From: Utricularia gibba
Taxonomy: Eukaryota > Plantae > Magnoliophyta
NCBI GenBank assembly: GCA_002189035.1
Contig: CM007989.1
Span: 7,812,001 to 7,876,000, forward strand
Direction: 5' to 3'
Length of the DNA: 64,000 nucleotides
Under the pieces are notes generated by a model that saw only the letters and a program-made list of their open reading frames with translations, was not told the origin of the DNA and made no database searches. Made by a program: the position numbers and the translations under genes. Positions 1 to 13,850 of the stretch are shown in pieces. Within the stretch, counting starts at the first letter, position 1; every line of letters starts with the position of its first letter.

Positions 1-1510
1 CAGCACAACTCATTGTTCTGTTCACTCCCAAGTGGAGACTTGTTGAGGCCCTAATCCCAACTCTTTGTCGACTCAACTTTCAAGCTCATGTAACCTTGAA
101 TGAAATCCCATAACTACTTCATGTTTAATTTAGGACGGAATTCAGGTCACCCATTGTAAAGCAGAAATGAGTTTTTCTAGGAAACACGGATATCCAAGTA
201 GAAACATCAAGCATACTCTGGCTTACAGTATTCTGCAATAATAGAGACTCGAGATGTTGAAGAAACAAGCTCATCATTATCCCATAAGAATCTGAGAAAA
301 GGAAACAAACAATAGCAGGAAAAACATGTTCCATTACGCAGCAGTAAAAAATTCCAGAATGAAGAGTTTCGAGTCACGTTTTCATGAATCAAGGGAACAC
401 AAATACACACTAAGTCCTGTAAAACGATGTGAAAACGTTGGAAAGCAAGCAAATTTACTTTCAAGGCACCAAAAGGTCCGGATGCAAACAAGGTAGCCTA
501 TTCATTGTTCAAATGACCACATCTTCACCAAATTCAAGGAGAATAACTTACCCAAAAAATCAAGTTTTCCTTTTCTGGAGATGCCGAATGGATAAGCCAG
601 TAAAGAATCCGTTCAAAAGCATAAGACTGAGCACTATACAACAAGAACATGAATAAATTCTCAAAAAAATTGAAAAGAAACGCCAAATACAGTCACACGC
701 ATTTGCAGCAACAATAAGCGCATTAAGATAAGAAGCCCAAAAGGTTTTTCTACAATTTACAATGTCACTAGACAATAGCGTATCAAATATGCAACCTTTG
801 GTATGGAAATACCGCTTGACCTCTAATAAAAATGTCACCTTCATTAAAATCCACCAAGACAACAACCACAAGCTAAGTATCATCCTCCGTTTTTAAATTT
901 TCTCCAACATCTGCACGCCGATGCCCTACGATTCCATTCGGATCCATCTTCCTGCAATCCATGGTGCTCTTTGGCGCATCGCCAAATACCCAAGGCACAT
1001 CCGACATTGAAAAAACCACTATCCCATCATTAAACCGAATGTCCCAAGTCATCCTGCTCACGCCACCTTTCAGCACACTGTCCCCAGACAAAAACTCACC
1101 CCCAACTTGGGTTTCAGCCATACCTCATGCTTCGCATTCGCTGCCAACAGATTCAAACACTGAACAGTGAGATGGAACCCCCGGTTTTCATCAATCTCCC
1201 AATCTGCCTTCCCATACCTCATAACTTATCATTCTTGACATTCCCAGCCCGTTTTTGCGAGTGACACCCAGACAGAGTAAACGCGTCTCTTCTGGAGCCG
1301 CACGCCATCCCCGGAATGGGATCCGGCCCCTCGTGCGACTGGGATTCCAAAACGATGTCCCTGAGATTATTCCCGACGAATGGGGCCCTTCTGGAGCTCG
1401 AAGACGAGGGCCGTCCCGTGCTCGCCCAGAGCCCTCATGGCCGTGCTTCCGAGGATTAGGGCTTCAACGTTTGATGAGATCCATCTTCAGCGTCTTTTGG
1501 GCTTTCGGCC
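1..1510 (-). other. Probable spliced 5' leader/start of a gene running off the left edge (product unidentified)
   Basis: Minus-strand GT donors at 1217 (GAG|GTATGG) and ~553 (TGG|GTAAGT), acceptor-like TATAG near 640 and TACAG near 418, T-rich intron-like spacers, many short ATG ORFs, and an ATG at 13 that runs off the window. No recognisable protein motif. Confidence 0.3.
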
Positions 1511-1735
1511 CACCACTACGACCCAGCCCAATTCGGACTCATCGTTGACTTCTCATAATAATTAATCATTTTCTAATAAAAATAATTAAATTAGAAATGG
1601 AGCTCATCAATGATGTACGACTTGTACAAAAAACCACGCACTTGAAAAAAAAAAGCATTTAGAAATCTTATTCTCATGCTTCTTTTCTTCTGTAAGACAC
1701 GCTCTGTCATCTAGCAGCCGCCACTGCAAAGATTG

Positions 1736-4700
1736 TTACAGGGGCTTGTCTCCCTCCCACGTAGCTTCATTGCCAGCATGAAAATGGGGCTGCCAAAGGG
1801 CTTCTGGGTTTTCCTGTTTAGGAGCTTCAAACTGAGGTGATCCATTGGCATCCCTGCTGTATGAACACTCATTTTCAGCTTCTGTTGCCTGGGAGTCTGC
1901 GGAGCTGTTCATGGACTCGTCCGGCAGTGTCCTCACACGGGCTCGCTTGGGCCGCCGTGACGGCAGGCTTGTTTCGAATTTTGGTCTTCTGTTCACGGTT
2001 AAGTATCCATTCACTAAGGCTTCCATTGCTCGGGATGTCAGAGCCCTGCTCCTTTTGGTGGGAATTCCAGGATTTTGATCTGGGAGTGCTTCAGCTGTTG
2101 AAGACTCGGGCAGGGAGATCATCTCTTCCTGCTTGATTGAAGTGCTTTCTTGCTCTTTAGGGGAAGTCTGGGCCAATTTCAAACTAGGAGGATGAGAGTT
2201 CTCCATGCTCTCCATGGGGCTGCCTCTGCATGATCCCGCAGAAGACAACTTGTCTGCGCAAGTGCTCATCCGGGAAGAAGTGATCTCGGCTTCGTTAGTG
2301 CCTGAGCAGCAGCCCTGCATTTCGGTATCGGCTTTCGAGCCTGTACTGGATCTAAGAAACATGGCATTTGTTTCCTCTTGAGTACAAGCAGGCAATATCC
2401 GGCATCTTTTTGTGGTAGGAACCATATGATTACCAGGACTGCGTTTCAGCTTCTGGGATTTTGAGATCTTTTCCGATGGATGTTTCTTGGAGGGATTCTT
2501 CCTTTTCTTTGATTCTGGAGCAAGTGTAGCGGAGCAGGAATCTTGATATGTGGCCTTAATATTGTCTTCCTTCTTACCAGGAAAACTAGCCTTCTTCCGA
2601 TCAACAGAGCCTACCATGTTCGATTCAGCACTGATCTCATCATCATAAACATGAGCAGGAGATGCAACTGAAATCTCTGAAGGAAGAGCTCTAAGCTCCC
2701 TGATTTCACCGTCGGCCATTGTATCTATCACTGTGAACTTCATGACAGTGATATTTCGTTTAGGCGTTTTAGGTTGCAAAAAACATGGTTTCTGTCGAGC
2801 CGGCTGATCAATGTCTTCTTGTTTCCCATTGTTCCACACATATCCTTCCTTCTTCACGCTGTCATCATCTCCCTCATTCTCAAGACGAATCAGACCAGGT
2901 TCATGTGCAACTTTGCTCAGAACATCAGTCACTGAGTCAAAATAGTGATCACCCTTCACCAGTTTTCGTCTGGAGAACTTTTTAACATCAGGAACGATGA
3001 AAACCAATGAATTCTTAGCACCGGGATAATACCCCTGATCCTTAGGCTGCTCTGAGTGCCACCCTCGAGCCAACAACCGTGGCCAAACCGCTTCCCAGAA
3101 GAGGTCACTTGATCTGGCTTTGCTTAATCTGTAGTCACCACTTAAGAATTTGACAATCTCAGTAGCTGTGAGAGCAGAACATGCTTTTCCCACAGGTATC
3201 TCGGGACGAAGCGGTATCCCTTGGTTGGATCTTGTTGTTTCCATTACCATTGTAGTCAAATCCTGCTTGCCAGTGCCAATACCAACTGCTTCTACCAGAA
3301 TCTGTATACCCACCATTTTCTTCAGAAGAGACACATAATCTGCTAATGACATTAACTCGTCTGAAAATGTCTTGGAGGCCTTGAGAAGAAGCAACATAAA
3401 AGATTCATACTGGTTACAAAAATGACGGATCGAGGTTGAAACTCCCAACTTGAGGGAAGGGAAAAATGAGAGAAGTGGAAGCATGCAAAGTGAGTGTTAT
3501 CAGAAGAAAAGAAAGCCCACAAATGATGCCTATAGCACTAGCAAAAAGTTTATGCAGCTGGGGAAATGAGCATGTACTTGCTTGTAATGTTTTCACAAAC
3601 CAAAATGCCTGGCAAAGTATGCTGCTGTAACTAACAGGAAGGGAAAATGTAAACAATGTGTACCTCAAGAAGTGCAGTTTGATGTTCATCTGAAACTCTT
3701 GGAAGTATACGAGACAACAGTTCTTGCTGCCTCAACCCGGAAAACAGCCTTCTTCCACAAACGCCTTTCCTTCCCTTCACATTTTGGCAGTCACACCATC
3801 TTCGATATTGTTGAGAACCATAGAATTTTCCATAGTAGTAGGACAACAGAGCACCAGTCCCCTTCGTTTCAAGAAATTTCTTAATCTCGACAAAATCTTT
3901 CTCAAATATATACAAGCCTAGAAGGAAACCATCCTTCTCAGATGCACTCCAGTGCACATCAGGCAATCCAGCAACCAAAAGGCAATCGCACATGCATATC
4001 TTCTCAAGATTCTTAGCATTAGCAGAGTCTCCAGAAACTAGTTGTGTACCGTCTTCGTGATGATTGGTACTGGAAACATGGCAGCTACAACAAACCAAGT
4101 TTCTATCCCTTAGATTGACACGCTTCAATGGTACTGCTAGACCAATGAGAAAATCTAGATTGGGGGGGAATGCAGATTCAGACATATATGCAGAATTTCC
4201 AATGAGAGGAGGAAGTTGAACTTGGAATTCATCTCCGATTCTCGGCTGGATCTCTGATTCTCCTTTACTATTACCTGGGAATAGATTTTCATTTTGAATG
4301 CTCACAGACCAAACAGCATCCTCACCAACATCATGAGGATCCATCTACCAAAGAATAAACAAAATGGTTACAAAAAAAGAAGAGGAGCTAACCAATCACT
4401 AAAACAATCTGTAGTGGTGCTTCTCAAATATTAGTCTACGAGATAAGATTTCTGTATTGTAACACTTAAAAAGCAACACCATTGGTAGGAAACAACATAA
4501 GCTCATGATTTATCACAGGATGAAGCCACAACTCACACAGAATCCATCTAGTAGTCAGAAAATAAACTAGTTTTGTAGACAAACTTGACTCTGCGAGTCA
4601 ACATATCATTACATGAAAAAAGAAAGCACTGGGAGAATCCAGGATACGCATAGGGAACTACATTTCAGAACCAAATAAAGAGCAAAGCAAAAGATGGAAT

Positions 4701-4912
4701 GCCGTTTCACAGATCTAGTTCTTATCATTCTAACTCATAACTCTAGTATAAATGTGAAATATAGAACGAAAAAATAAATCCCAGAAATTTAAAATGATAT
4801 AAAAACGAGCAGATCTTAAACACTATTTCAGAAAACAGGAAAACTGATGCAGAGGACCAAACAAAAAGCATCAATCCCCAGAGCAAGGACTCACCTCAAG
4901 TACTAAAGACAT
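1736..4912 (-). CDS. Plant ELM2/SANT-domain uncharacterised nuclear protein (At1g09040/At2g47820-like family)
   Basis: Exons 4912-4895 (MSLVLE, GAG|GTGAG donor), 4344-3664 and 3379-1736, all in phase 0. Motifs PRIGDEFQVQLP (ELM2-like), WSASEKDGFLLGLYIFEKDF (SANT), LSGDYRLSKARSSDLFWEAVWPRLLARGWHSEQP and KFSRRKLVKGDHYFDSVTDVLSKVA are typical of this family. Confidence 0.88.
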
Positions 4913-6983
4913 GTACGAAACACTAGAAAAGTGAGCAATCTCATATTTTCGTAACAACCCTTAAAAGAAACTCACTAAAAAAACAAGCAAAATGATGATA
5001 GCAAAAAATAATAAAATAAAAAACTTCAAGCCGAAGAGAACGAATCAAGCACCCCGAAATCCCAATGCGATCCAAAGAAATTAAAACTCAGCAACCGCTT
5101 CACAACTTCTTCATACCGGACAAGCATAATCTAACATCACCCACAAAGATCAACGGCAACAGACACAAACATACACGCCGAAATCATACGTATACACACC
5201 CACCTATGCATGTCAAACACAGAAGAAGAACTTAAACAGCATGCGGGTAATGGAAGCTGGGTAAATGGGTTGAGATGCGAAGCAAAGAAACCAAAACAGT
5301 GAAAAAAAAAGAATAACAAGTGCTGTAAGCAAACACAAACCATAGAAGAAATATAATATGCATTATGCACACACTTTATTCGTCAACAGATATGCATACT
5401 TGAGTTGTATGTCCACATGAAGGACTAAACCGAACCTGGGTTTCCTCCTCTTCCAGGCCAGAGCTTTTCATGTCGAGAATTGAGAATCGAAGAGAGAGAC
5501 AGAGAGGCCGAAGAGAGAAGGAGAGAGGAAAAATAATTTTTTTTCTTTTTTTCGATGCGGTTTTCTATTTGTCTGCTTCGTTGTGTTATCGTAGAAAAAG
5601 TAAAGAAAATTGCTGTTTCCCCCCCAGTTTATATACGTATTAGCATTATGACCCTTCTTTAATGCCAAACATGGAATAACAAGTATTTAGAGGACTCAAA
5701 CTGCAAATATTACCTCCAAATTGCGGGATTCTTCAATATTACAAAACATCAACATATCAAATATTGCTAATATTATAAATACTATGCTCCAAAAAACAAA
5801 CATAGTAATATTTAAATTATCGAAGAAACCGTAAATTTTTACAGTATTGATTCGTGACCCAAAACGATTCAATTTTATCAAATTTAATCCAACATTTATT
5901 TAAATGGTTTACGTTTCTAAGTGGTTCAATCGTAGTTTTTAAACACTACAAATAATACAAATCTCGTAATATTTAATCATATATATTTATTTATTTATTT
6001 CTCATTTTTACCGAAAATTCACCCGCAGGTAGGGTCTATCGGTTGGAAGAGCATCGCACGTTACGTGGTGTCCAGTGCCTTGAAAATCGGATTTAAGAAA
6101 TGGATCATTTTTTTGAATATTAATTTTTTTAAAAAAATCATCTAAATAGTAGAAAAAACTCCGTTTTTATATTTATATACGGAAATGGAAAGGGAAATTG
6201 ATCTCGAACACCTCTTTAAATGTTCTTACACACGGTCTCATATTAATAAAGAAACAGCTTACTTTGGTCACGACATTCATTAATTATTTTTTCAGAAACT
6301 TTGGTATTTAAGTTTGTTTGGCATTTATTGAGTCATTTCTTGGAATTTTTTTGAGAGTTAATTCAGTTTAATAAGATATACATCTATTTTCTACCAATTT
6401 TGGGGTGATTTTTTCATCATATTCAAAGTAGAAGATATCATATAAGAGAAAAAAGAGAAGTAATAGATAGTATTATGAGTTTAAAAATAGAATAATAAAT
6501 TATAGAGTTCTTTATGGCTAGTTTTAAAATAAGTTTGGAATTACATGAGTTTTTTTTAAAAAAATTCTGTGTACACATGTTTATTTAAAATCACATACTT
6601 TCGTTTATAAATACTTAATCTCATTTTCCTAATAAACAATAATTTTCAAAATTCCAATCCACAAATCAACTAAGATATTCATTTATAATTTAATAGGATT
6701 TGGATATTAGAAAAATTATATTCCATTATTTTGATTTGGATATTTGGAAAACAAAGATTATGAATTTGAATTTCAAATATCCAATACTTGTAAAATCAAG
6801 TAGAAAAGAGATTGTGGGATTTATATATCACATATTATATGATACAATTTTATTTCTTTTTAATAATCACTTTTCTGCATTTTTCTTTTTTGTTTTTTGG
6901 AATTTTATTGGATGGAATGCTCTAGACTAAAAAACATGGATACAATAGTCTTTATACAAAAACAAATTCATAAAAAACATTTA

Positions 6984-7744
6984 GGTAAAAATCGTTTTTT
7001 AAATCACAATATTTTACCTATTTTCATTTTACAATCAAACACTTTAATTTATGCAAAATACAGTCAATAAGTTTATCAATAAATTCAATTTATGGCATAT
7101 CGGTTAAAAACTATTTTAAAATTTTTTAAAATTTTTTAAAATTTGAGATAAATATTTTTAAAGAGAATTAGAATTTAATATACATTTTTAAAAAATATTG
7201 TAAATTTTTAAAAAATTATGAAAAAAATACTAAAAAATTATGAAAAATTATTACAATTTTTTCTAATTTCATTTTTTATAATTTCCTACAAAATAGTATT
7301 ATATAAATAATAATTCTATATACAAAACTTCATTTATCTCTTTGTATTTCAATTTTAATTAAAGACATTTATGCAAATTCAAGTATCAAAATGAAAGTCT
7401 TGTTAGTATATGTGATACATTTGGTGTAATCGAAAAAAAACATACGAGGATGACATAGTAATATTAAGATGTTTTAATTTCAAAAAAATTGGATTATGGA
7501 AGTATAATAGAAGAAATATTAAAAATTGAGAAAATTAATTTTTAAAAATATTTTAAAATTTTAAAAATATATTGAATTTTAGTTCTATTTAAAAATATAT
7601 ATCTCAAATTATAAAATATTTTTTGGTCGAAATGCCATAAATTAAGTTTATTTGTAAACTTGTTACTGAATTTTACACAAATTAAAATATTTGATTGTAA
7701 ATGAAAATGATTGAAACATTATAACTTAAAAAATGATTTTTCCC
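6984..7744. mobile_element. Non-autonomous Mutator-like (MULE) element / long-TIR MITE
   Basis: Imperfect terminal inverted repeats of ~200+ bp (GGTAAAAATCG... versus ...TGATTTTTCCC; internal match AATTTATGGCAT...AATTTGAGATA). Flanked by an identical 9-bp direct repeat AAACATTTA at 6975-6983 and 7745-7753. No coding capacity. Confidence 0.85.
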
Positions 7745-8625
7745 AAACATTTATTATCTAATTTTCAATTTACCATCTAAATACATTTTTTAATTTATCA
7801 ATTTTTCCAAAATCAAACCAATTATCTCCTACAAAACACATTGTTATTACATGTGCAATACACCTGACTTCATCAAGTTGTCAAAAAACAATATAATAAT
7901 TTATTTATTTAGTTATTATGAGCAGTCTAATTCAATCTATGTAATAAAATACTTCATCATCCCATATTTATTATAAGCATCACATGACCCATGACTTCAA
8001 ATCCATTGTACGGATCGAACTAAATATTGATGGGCTTTCAATCCCATTGAAGGCTAGTGGATATCTACACATTAAATAGCACACACCCCCCTAATCCAAA
8101 ATTTTAAAAAATAATATAACTCAAAGTTCTATTAAAAATGTGTCATACTAATTTTAGTATTTGATAAAATTGAATATTCTTAATTAAAATTTTTACTTAA
8201 ATGTGTGAAATAAAATGTACTAATGATCATTTTTCTAAATGGGTCGGGTCGGGATGATTGGAAAAAATCCATATTATGCATGTGTTTTGAATGAAAATGT
8301 GGATTTCAAATAGTTTCTATTTTCAAATTAGTTTTATTATTAAAAAATAATCGAATTTTATTTTAAAAAGTATTTTTTTTTAGTTTTGAAAAATGGGAAA
8401 ACAATTTGAATGGAGGACGCCGACAATAGTGAAGGTCTTTTTCGTAAAAAAGGGGAGGGGGGAAATAATAAAAGAAATAAATAAATAAAAAAGAAGTCCA
8501 CCGGAAAAGAAGGCACAACAAATATCACAGAGACGCACACTGTGTGCGTGTTTATAAGACCGTACGGCGTGTTTAAAGGAGGCACTCGGTCGCAGGGGAA
8601 GGGAGTCTTTGATGAGCTCCCAAAT

Positions 8626-8647
8626 TCTCTCTCTCTCTCTCTCTCTC
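8626..8647. repeat. (TC)11 microsatellite in the 5' region of the CCCH gene
   Basis: Perfect dinucleotide run read directly from the sequence. Confidence 0.9.
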
Positions 8648-8803
8648 AAGTGCAAGAGGCGCTCCGGAAAGGCGTCTTCCTCTCGATCGTGTCGCGGGTT
8701 GCGTTCTGTAAGTATCGTTACATGCTTGTAAAGTGGTAGAGTTGATAATACTGTACGGTGTGAAGAGAGAGAGGGAGAGGAAGCGTTGTGTGTGGGTGTG
8801 GAA

Positions 8804-11775
8804 ATGGAGAGGTACGGTGAGAGCCAGGCAATGGAGGGGGCAGCGCTGGATCCGGTGGAGGAATGGGTAGCTCCGGGTGGTGAAACTGGCCTTGAAGGCG
8901 AGTGTTTTTTCTCTTTTTTTGGTACTTTGATTTCGCCTGAATTTGGGCTTGATTTCGGGTAATGTTGATTATGCCGTCTCTGTATCTGTGAGTGCAGAGC
9001 CTATGTGGCAATTGGGGTTGGGAGATGGTCCTCAGTCGTATCCGGAGAGACCTGGTGAGCCAGATTGTATCTATTATTTGAAGAGTGGAATTTGTGGGTA
9101 TGGGAGCCGATGTCGCTTCAATCACCCCCGTGACCGTAGAATGGTAAACCTATACCATCTTTTGCATGTTTTAGTTGGTTGGATCGTTCACTGAACAACG
9201 AATTGCTGCTGGTGATTTGGGTTGATTTTAATGCTTTTCGTGTCCGTCTGGGGATTTTTATTTGGGGGAGGTATGGCGGGTTATACGGGGGAGGGGTTAC
9301 ATGAATCGGAACGCTTTTATTTCAAATGTTGAGTCGCAGTGTGAATTCTTAGGGAAACGTTTTTTTATTGGATCATTTCATGAGTGTATGATGTTTCTGA
9401 TGAAAAAAGGGGAATTCCAACGAACAGTCCTTTGTCGGCTGCATGAATCAGTTGTTAGTTTCAACAAGTAGATGCGAATCCTTGGAGGAAATTGGCATTT
9501 CTTTGGTAATAATCACAAAGAAAAGATTTCTATCTGATTGAGGGTGTGCGACTCAAGTGGTCAAAATAAAAAAGTAGATCCTCCAAAGATCGCATATTTA
9601 TTAAATAAGCCGGTTCGTTGAAAGGGTGGTATTCTAATGTCTGACTCTAGATAGAAAGGAATATCTTCTAAAACTTTATAGGAATTTTCCATTTGCAGTG
9701 TCTGTAAGACTAAAAGATGAATCGTGTGATTTTCTCTGCTGATTTAGCTCTTACATATCTGAATGCTGCCTACACAGGCAGTGGCTGCTTTCAGATCTGG
9801 AGGAGTTGATTACCCAGAACGTGCTGGACAACCCCTCTGCCAGGTATATTTCATGAAATGCATTCATGTTTGATGCTTTTTCCAATCATTGCATTTTCAA
9901 TTTGCGGCTTTGTTTCCTTTTCTTAGTTTTTTTTTCATTATTGAAGGTATTTATCTATGCTGTCAGGCTGTGATCCGTTTAGTGCCATATATGGAGAACG
10001 CTCTGAAGTTTGCTCTCTCTATGATCACACATAAGAAGATAGAATATGCTTCCTTTTTTAGTGTTTTATGTTATTTGATTTCTGGAATTTATTATCTTTG
10101 TTTGTCTATGATCCTAGGCCATCTGCCTTGTGCGCTGCATAGTTTGGGTTCAAAGTTTGCTTATGCTGGAAAAATTCGGTTCTGTTGGTTGCATCTTAAA
10201 AAAAAATTGCGTTAACTGCTTATGAAATGTACTAACTTTATGAGGGCTTTTCTGTGTTTAGCTAATATATTTATCAGCTAAGAGTCCTAGGAAATAAGAA
10301 TATCGATTTTTTGCATTTTAGGCTCACGGCTTCTGTTGCATTTTAACATGGAGTTTTTGTTTGTTCCACAAAAATCTGCCCTTACTTGAGTGTCTGTTAA
10401 CATGCTTTTCCCATTCTCTTTCTGCAGTACTACATGAAGACTGGAACATGCAAATTTGGCCCCACCTGCAAATATCACCATCCTAAACATGGAGTTGATT
10501 CTACAGCGCCAGTAACAATGAACGTCTGCGGATATCCTTTACGACCGGTCTGCCTCATTTTTCATTTCATTTTATGCAGAAACGTTTACTTGGGCCAGGA
10601 TCGATCAACCGGTTAAATTGATCCTTTGCAGGGGGAAAAGGAATGCTCTTATTATGTAAAGACAGGACATTGTAAATTTGGTGTTACCTGTAAATTTCAT
10701 CACCCACAGCCTTCAAGTATGCAATTGCCTGTTCAAGATGCAGGCCATGGACATCTAGCTAGTCCTGCATCCAAGCCTACACCAGCACTTTATTCTACTC
10801 TCCAGACACCTCCTGTTCAATCGTCTCAACAATATGGATTAATCCAAGGAAATTGGCCTATAGCTCGGCCTGCGATACTCCCTGGTTCTTATGTCCCTGG
10901 AGGTTATGGACCAATGCTCTTTTCTCCTGGTGTTGTTCCGGTTTCTGGTTGGACTCCCTATCCAGTGAGTGTAGCTGAAATTTGGTCATATCTCCTTTTA
11001 CTTTCAACGCCTCTATCTGTGATTAATGCATTGAGTGCACATTATTAGGCACATCTTACCTCAGGTTCCTCTCCTGTTAGTCAGCCCACATTTGGTGTTG
11101 GCCCTATTTATGGCATCACCCCATTGTCTCCTTCGGCTCCTGCATATCCAGGGCCATACATGTCCATTGCTGGTGGTGCCTCAAGCAGCAATCAGAAAGA
11201 ACCTGCCCTTCCGGAGAGGCCTAGCCGACCAGAATGTCAGTATTACTTGAGGACCGGGGAATGTAAATTCGGCCCTACATGTAAATATCATCATCCGCCA
11301 GAGTGCATTTCTTCAAATACCAATGTTATGCTCAGTCCCATGGGGCTGCCACTACGTCCTGTAAGCGTTGTGCTATTCTTTTAAAAAGCTCATGAACCAT
11401 TCAGTCTTTGTTTCTTCCATGAGGCTTACTTTTGCCGGTTCTCAGGGTGCACGGATATGTTCCCACTACTCACAAAATGGAGTATGCAAATTTGGACCTT
11501 CCTGCAAGTATGATCATCCTATGAGAGCTCTGAGTTACAGCTCCTCAACATCTTCTCTCACTGACATGCCGGTGGCACCTTACCCCATGGTCTCGATAAA
11601 TGCAATTCTGACTCCTCCATCCTCATCGGACACGGGGCCTAACAAAGAGCATTTCTCAAGAAGTAGGATGGGCTCTCAGCTAACCATTCAACATTCACTG
11701 CAAGACAGCATTCCTTCGGGCCCTGGTAACAGCAGCAGTACTAGTCAAGGAGGTGAAGCTCAGACATCTCACTGA
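8804..11775 (+). CDS. CCCH-type zinc finger protein with 5 C-x8-C-x5-C-x3-H fingers (ZFN/C3H32-34-58-like)
   Basis: Exons 8804-8897, 8998-9143, 9778-9843, 10428-10547, 10632-10964, 11049-11360, 11446-11775. Motifs [123 protein letters not shown]. Intron 1 is GC-AG. Confidence 0.95.
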
Positions 11776-11986
11776 GAAAAAAAAAGAGAGAAACAGAGCT
11801 TTCTTTCTTTCTTTTTGTGCAACTCTTTCCCTCAAGAAGTCAGCTCGCCACATTTCCATCTTGAATAAGTGGTGAAAGATCCCCTGCAAGGTGCCTTCTT
11901 CTACCAGGACTCGGATTTATACTCTCCCACTTTAGGTAATATATATGCACTTCCTTCCAAAACTCTCGCAGTCCTGCCGCGAGTGG

Positions 11987-12032
11987 CCATGGCTACACAC
12001 CGGTTGTCCATGGCTACACACCGGTTGTCCAT
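11987..12032. repeat. Perfect 21-bp tandem duplication (CCATGGCTACACACCGGTTGT x2 + CCAT)
   Basis: Read directly, just downstream of the CCCH gene 3' end. Confidence 0.9.
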
Positions 12033-13850
12033 CTGTATTTAACATCTTATTTACACCTCTTTTTTTTGGGAGGAAAAATCACATGTTGCTCCCACTCTTG
12101 TCATGGGGGCTGGAGCAGAAGCATTAAACTCACCACTGAACCAATTTGATGCATGTATGGGACTTATCAACCTCCTCCTATGTTTGATCATAAGCTTTTC
12201 AAAACTTGTTCCATGTCTGCACATCATCTTCCTGAATGGTGGAAGTGGCAGAAACTCCAGGTTACAGTGCAAGTAGAATCAATAAAACCAGTATCTACAC
12301 CTGAGGGTAATAATTTCTGCTACCTAAACAGGATTTTGCTAGTAACAGGCACTGATGAAGGAAGAATAATGTCATTGATCTTATAATCAAACTCCAGTCA
12401 TCAAATTAATGACATCCACACCAGCGCAACTCATGCAGTTGGCTGCACTCAAGTAAGAATTAACACAAGATCAATCCCGATATCGTCTTGTCTCAGAAAG
12501 GTGAGGCAAAGAAGACAGTGGCACCAACCAACTCGCCCCCGCCCATTGACCAGATACCCAGCGCCCTTACGACAAAAACCTTCAACATCAAAGCATCCAT
12601 CACCCATGTGAGTCCCCAAAAGTAAGAAAGATGCCTCATGGGGGTTTGACACCCGAGTCCGATACGGCCAGACAATGCAGCTCGCTTGTACCAGAGCAAA
12701 CAACCAGGCCATGGATGAAGAAGCTTGTGGCCGTTTTTAGGCCATCCATGAATCATCCTTAACCCTGTGTCATGAAGAAAACAAGTGTGGGGCGATGACC
12801 AAGTGAAATAAGATATTCACAATGTTGAAGATGATGGGAGGGACCACGGAGATCCCATCCAGGATTTGGAGGATGGTTAGCAGTGCAGCAGCCCAGAGGC
12901 AGCTGATGCTCAGCCTCGCCTCCCACAGAGCTTCAAGATTGTTTGGTTCTTGAGAGATCATGGCTGGCGCCGCTTGGGAGCCCATCTTCACTTCGTTGTG
13001 AAGAATCAATCATCCCCTCGTTGTTCAGAAACTTGAGTCACATATCAAGTGAAGTGCATGCCATTATTGCTGGTTATTATCATCATGTTTTCAGACGAGG
13101 AGGAGGAATGCGGGTCTTGCATTTAGTTCCAAATGCTCGCTCAGCAATGAATGCAGTGTCCCGGCGGACACCACGATTTCCAATGAAATGATACTCCACT
13201 GTCCACAGCCTGGTGTCGTTAACGTACCCTACTGATGGATATTGCGGGTGTCGGCTAGTGGGCCTCCTTTCTACCAGTTACCTCGCCGGAGGGGGGCCCA
13301 TCCGATACAATTGTCTCCTCCTCCTCCTCCGGTGGTTCCCAGAAACTAACTTTTTTACCGTTCCCATTTCGGAGGAACCGTCGCGCCAAAGCAAAAAAAA
13401 GAAGAAAGGTTAAATTTTGGAGATTGCTCCTATAACTGTCATTTGAAGTTGTGCTTGTGGTTGCTGGCTTCTCTCTCGAACTCGGGCTCTCTCTGCGTCC
13501 TCCGTTTTCACTTGGAATCAGTTGGGTTTTTGGGTTCGGTAAGATTGAGAGGAAAAGGGAAAGCGCCTGGGCTCGATCTCCCAGAATTTATGCTGCTTCT
13601 GCGTCGCCATTATTGCGGTTTCTCTCTTGTCGTTGGAGTTGTTCCATCACCACGGGTTCTTCAGGGGTCACGCAGCCGAAAGAACACAACAGAAAAAGCG
13701 AGCTGATCCGATTCGATTGGATTCGGCTGACAACGGAATCGATACACACAACAAGAAGGCAAATCAGAATCGAACTGGGTCGACAAAAGACCTCGCCTTT
13801 ACATATACGACGCTTGACTTGAAGGTTTGAAGGTTTTGTTTTCAAGAACA

